A DNA stretch of 64,000 nucleotides from the NCBI GenBank assembly GCA_041661275.1, contig JBAZUU010000001.1, positions 229,057-293,056 of the forward strand. Direction: 5' to 3'. Both the position numbers and the translations under genes were made by a program. Shown piece after piece: positions 60,399-64,000 of the stretch. The notes beneath the pieces were generated by a model. It was not told the origin of the DNA. It did no database searches and worked only from the letters and a program-made list of their open reading frames with translations. Every line of letters starts with the position of its first letter. The stretch's first letter is position 1. The DNA is from Parcubacteria group bacterium (GTDB lineage: Bacteria > Patescibacteriota > Minisyncoccia > Moranbacterales > UBA2206).

Positions 60399-60554
60399 AT
60401 GAGTAGTTATAAAAATGAGAATCAGACCAGAAAAAGAATAGGAAGACTTTTTTTATCGGTCTTCTTTTTTGTTTTGTTTTTTTGTGTTTCTGGTAACTCC
60501 GCTTTGGCTGCCGAAACCCAAGGCGGATTTTTTTCGGATAAAATCTGGGTTTGA
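60399..60554 (+). pseudogene. 51-aa ORF consisting mostly of a signal peptide
   Basis: MSSYKNENQTRKRIGRLFLSVFFFVLFFCVSGNSALA|AETQGGFFSDKIWV*. Confidence 0.4.
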
Positions 60555-60745
60555 CACAAATTTTAGGTTCTGATAGTATAAAAATGTAAGTAGCAGGTAT
60601 GGAGTTCGCGCAAGCGAACTTTCTTTGTTAAATAGACGCGATTCGAATCAGCGAATGCATTCGAATCTACGAATAAAAGAAGAGCGATTCGTAGATTTTG
60701 TAGATTCGTTTAACGTATTCGTAAATTCGAATCGGTATAAAAAAT

Positions 60746-62092
60746 ATGACTCCAAGAAAAAAGAAAATGCAAAATGACGCTGATGCGTCAGGAAGAGGGG
60801 ATTTCGGTTCAGCTATCGCGCAAATCTGCGAAGAAAAAGGAATTTCCAAAGACAAGGTGATCGAAACGATTCAGTTGGCGCTGGCGGCGGCTTACAAAAA
60901 AGACTATGGCAAGAAAGGCCAGAATATTCGGGCGGAATTCAATGAAGTGTCCGGTGACACTAATTTTTTTCTGGTGAAAGAGGTGGTAGATGAAACTACC
61001 CGGGAATTTCCAGTAGAAGAACCCGCCGACGCTGAAGCTATAGCGGGCGAGGAAGAAAAAAAGGAAGGAAAGAAAGAAAAAAGAGAAGAATCTACTTTCG
61101 TTCCGGGAGATGAAGAAAAACTTCCTCGATTCAATCCGGAGCGCGATTTGACCATGGAAGAGGCAAAGAAGGTCAAAAAAGGTGCGAAAGTCGGTGATAT
61201 TGTCGAAACAGAATTGGAAGCGAAAAAAGATTATGGCCGGGTAGCAGCGCAAACGGCCAAGCAGGTTATCATCCAACGTATTCGTGAAGCGGAACGCGAC
61301 GCGATGTATGACGAATATAAAAACCGCGAAGGGGAAGTAGTCAGTGGTGTGGTGCAACGGGTGGAGGGTCGGAATGTTTTTGTGGATCTTGGAAAGTCAA
61401 TAGGTATTCTTTTTCCTTCTGAGCAGGTGGAAAGAGAGAGTTATCGTGTTGGTCAGAGAATCAAAGTTTATGTGGCAAAAGTTGATGCCGGAACGAAAGG
61501 CCCCGGAATAACTCTTTCGCGAGTGCACCCGGAAATGATCAAAAGGCTATTCGAGTTGGAAGTGCCGGAAATTTTTGCCGGTACCGTTGAGATAAAGGCT
61601 ATTGCGAGGGAGGCAGGAGAGAGAACGAAAATCGCCGTGTCTTCCAATGAAGAGGGAATCGATCCGATCGGTTCTTGTGTCGGACAAAAGGGAACACGGG
61701 TGCAGGCAGTAATCGACGAATTAGGCGGAGAAAAGATCGATATAATTCTTTGGGATGATGATATCGCTAAATTCATTTCCTCTGCCCTTTCACCGGCCAA
61801 GGTTCTGCGAGTCGATATTAGGGAAATGCAAAAGGAAGCAGTGGTGGTAGTTCCGGAAGACCAGCTTTCCCTGGCTATCGGCAAACGTGGTCAGAATGTG
61901 CGCCTAGCGGCCAAGTTAACTGGATGGAAAATTGACATTTCTGGCGTATCACCGGAGGGAGATAAGGTAGAAAAAGAGAAAAAAGAAGAAGTGAAAGAAA
62001 AAAAAGAAGATAGCGAGACTGAAGAAAAGATTGAAACTGAAGGAATTAAAGAAGATGCAAAAGAGGAGGCAAAAGAGAAAGTAGAAGAATAA
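60746..62092 (+). CDS. nusA: transcription factor NusA
   Basis: [42 protein letters not shown]. Confidence 0.97.
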   Translation: MTPRKKKMQNDADASGRGDFGSAIAQICEEKGISKDKVIETIQLALAAAYKKDYGKKGQNIRAEFNEVSGDTNFFLVKEVVDETTREFPVEEPADAEAIAGEEEKKEGKKEKREESTFVPGDEEKLPRFNPERDLTMEEAKKVKKGAKVGDIVETELEAKKDYGRVAAQTAKQVIIQRIREAERDAMYDEYKNREGEVVSGVVQRVEGRNVFVDLGKSIGILFPSEQVERESYRVGQRIKVYVAKVDAGTKGPGITLSRVHPEMIKRLFELEVPEIFAGTVEIKAIAREAGERTKIAVSSNEEGIDPIGSCVGQKGTRVQAVIDELGGEKIDIILWDDDIAKFISSALSPAKVLRVDIREMQKEAVVVVPEDQLSLAIGKRGQNVRLAAKLTGWKIDISGVSPEGDKVEKEKKEEVKEKKEDSETEEKIETEGIKEDAKEEAKEKVEE

Positions 62093-62112
62093 TTATTTTA
62101 ATTTTTAAAAAT

Positions 62113-64000
62113 ATGACGACACTATTCATCCTTGGAGGGGCAGTGATGGCTATCATCTATGGCTTGGTGCTGATCGAGACAGTTCTCAAATTACCGGAGG
62201 GAAATGAGAAAATGAAAGAGATCGCCAAAGCGATCCAGGAGGGAGCCAAAGCCTATCTCAATCGCCAGTATAAAACGGTAGCAATGGTGGCAGTGATTCT
62301 TTTTGTGGTTATTGGATTTGTTCCATCTCTTGGCTGGATGACAGCTTTGGCTTTCATTATTGGCGCTTTTCTTTCCGCTCTCACAGGCTACATCGGAATG
62401 AATGTGTCAGTCAGAGCCAACGTCAGGACAACTGAAGCGGCTCGCGGCGGAATGCAAAAAGCATTGACTGTAGCTTTCCGTGGCGGTTCAGTTACCGGAC
62501 TACTGGTTGTAGGTCTCGCTCTTTTGGGAACAGCCGGATTTTATTTTGTGACTAAAGACATTCATGCGCTTATCGGTTTTGGTTTTGGAGGATCTCTGAT
62601 TTCCATTTTTGCGCGACTGGGTGGAGGAATTTTTACTAAAGCGGCTGACGTCGGAGCAGATCTAGTCGGAAAAGTAGAAGCGGGTATTCCGGAGGATGAT
62701 CCAAGAAACCCAGCAGTGATTGCGGACAATGTTGGTGACAACGTCGGAGATTGCGCGGGAATGGCAGCTGATCTATTTGAGACATACGCCGTCACTTCCA
62801 TCGCTACTATGATCCTGGGATCGCTTCTTTTCAAAAGCTTTCCCGACGCGGTGATTTTCCCCCTTGTTCTTGGCGCAATTTCCATCGTTACTTCGATCAT
62901 CGGAACATTTTTTGTGAAACTGGGAAAGACGCAAAATATTATGGGAGCATTATATAAGGGACTGATCGTCTCTGGAGTTTTGGCGGCCATTCTTTTTTAC
63001 CCAGCGACGCAATACATTATGGGAGGAAACGGAATTTATTCTGTAATGAGCCTATATCTCGCATCTCTTATTGGTCTTCTCGTGACCGCGGCTATGGTAG
63101 TTATCACTGAATATTATACTTCTACAAGCTATCAACCAGTGAAGGATATCGCCAAAGCTTCTGAAACTGGACACGGCACCAATGTCATTGCAGGACTAGC
63201 CGTATCAATGAAATCAACTGCTTGGCCGGTCATCGTCATTGTGGCGGCCATTCTTGGCGCCTTCGAGCTCGCTGGAATATATGGCGTGGCAATTGCTGCT
63301 ATGTCTATGCTTTCTATGGCGGGAATAATTGTGGCTATCGATTCTTACGGACCGATTACTGATAACGCTGGTGGAATTGCGGAAATGGCGGAACTGGGAG
63401 ATGATGTTCGAAATATCACTGATCCACTGGACGCTGTTGGTAACACGACAAAAGCGGTGACTAAGGGTTATGCTATCGGCAGTGCGGCTCTGGCAGCACT
63501 TGTACTATTCGCCGACTTCACTCATTCCATTCCGGACACTTTTCAGTTTATGATAAATGATCCGCGGGTTCTTGCTGGACTTTTCATCGGCGGCCTCTTG
63601 CCATACTATTTTGGCGCGCTTTCTATGCAAGCGGTGGGTCGCGCTGCAGGTGCAGTTGTTGAAGACGTGAGAAATCAGTTTAGAAATAATCCAGGAATTA
63701 TGGCGGGAACATCAAAACCAGACTATGGTTCAACTGTGGACATCGTAACGAAAGCCGCCATCAAGGAAATGATTTTCCCGGCTCTTATTCCAGTTCTAGC
63801 TCCAATCCTCGTTGGATTTATTCTCGGAGTTCACGCATTGGGCGGACTGCTTGTTGGTTCGATTGTCACTGGAATTTTTGTGGCCGTTTCCATGACTTCT
63901 GGCGGTGGCGCTTGGGACAATGCCAAAAAATATATCGAGTCAGGAAATTATGGTGGTAAGGGTTCATTTGCTCATCAAGCCGCGGTAACCGGCGATACGG
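62113..64000 (+). CDS. hppA: membrane-bound H+-translocating pyrophosphatase (partial, runs off window)
   Basis: Hand translation: [63 protein letters not shown]. Confidence 0.95.
   Translation, partial: MTTLFILGGAVMAIIYGLVLIETVLKLPEGNEKMKEIAKAIQEGAKAYLNRQYKTVAMVAVILFVVIGFVPSLGWMTALAFIIGAFLSALTGYIGMNVSVRANVRTTEAARGGMQKALTVAFRGGSVTGLLVVGLALLGTAGFYFVTKDIHALIGFGFGGSLISIFARLGGGIFTKAADVGADLVGKVEAGIPEDDPRNPAVIADNVGDNVGDCAGMAADLFETYAVTSIATMILGSLLFKSFPDAVIFPLVLGAISIVTSIIGTFFVKLGKTQNIMGALYKGLIVSGVLAAILFYPATQYIMGGNGIYSVMSLYLASLIGLLVTAAMVVITEYYTSTSYQPVKDIAKASETGHGTNVIAGLAVSMKSTAWPVIVIVAAILGAFELAGIYGVAIAAMSMLSMAGIIVAIDSYGPITDNAGGIAEMAELGDDVRNITDPLDAVGNTTKAVTKGYAIGSAALAALVLFADFTHSIPDTFQFMINDPRVLAGLFIGGLLPYYFGALSMQAVGRAAGAVVEDVRNQFRNNPGIMAGTSKPDYGSTVDIVTKAAIKEMIFPALIPVLAPILVGFILGVHALGGLLVGSIVTGIFVAVSMTSGGGAWDNAKKYIESGNYGGKGSFAHQAAVTGDT

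Noticed and set aside
62562-62990. 142-aa minus-strand ORF (and similar antisense ORFs in ftsH, gyrA, fhs, infB)
   Set aside because: Antisense shadows of well-supported genes

Overview
Chromosomal segment of a low-GC bacterium using the standard stop codons. The gene content (VirB2/TrbC-like pilin array, short InfB and RpsA, TrmB-like regulators, archaeal-type Cmk) suggests Patescibacteria/CPR, probably Parcubacteria; this is inference. Housekeeping genes: pcrA, xer recombinase, ftsH, tilS, cmk, rpsA, gyrA with an HNH intein, CCA-adding enzyme, fhs, folD, rarA, rluA, rplS, nfo, nrnA, rbfA, infB, nusA and a partial hppA. There are 15 tRNA genes plus two disrupted tRNA copies, and several ORFan islets. 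The most striking signals are non-coding or embedded in genes: (1) a group I intron in tRNA-Phe(GAA); (2) a cluster of parS centromere sites written in frame into an O-antigen-ligase-like gene, two of them split by a 33-42 bp palindromic insert that also disrupts a tRNA-Leu copy; (3) an intact tRNA-Val inside an inverted-repeat element that interrupts another tRNA-Val; (4) many families of miniature palindromic elements, several translated in frame within housekeeping proteins; (5) boxA-like motifs plus Shine-Dalgarno sites in front of accessory genes, while core genes lack SD; (6) a duplicated ~158-nt structured leader before pilin genes; (7) an unannotated Fic antitoxin and a free-standing LAGLIDADG gene running into tRNA-Cys.
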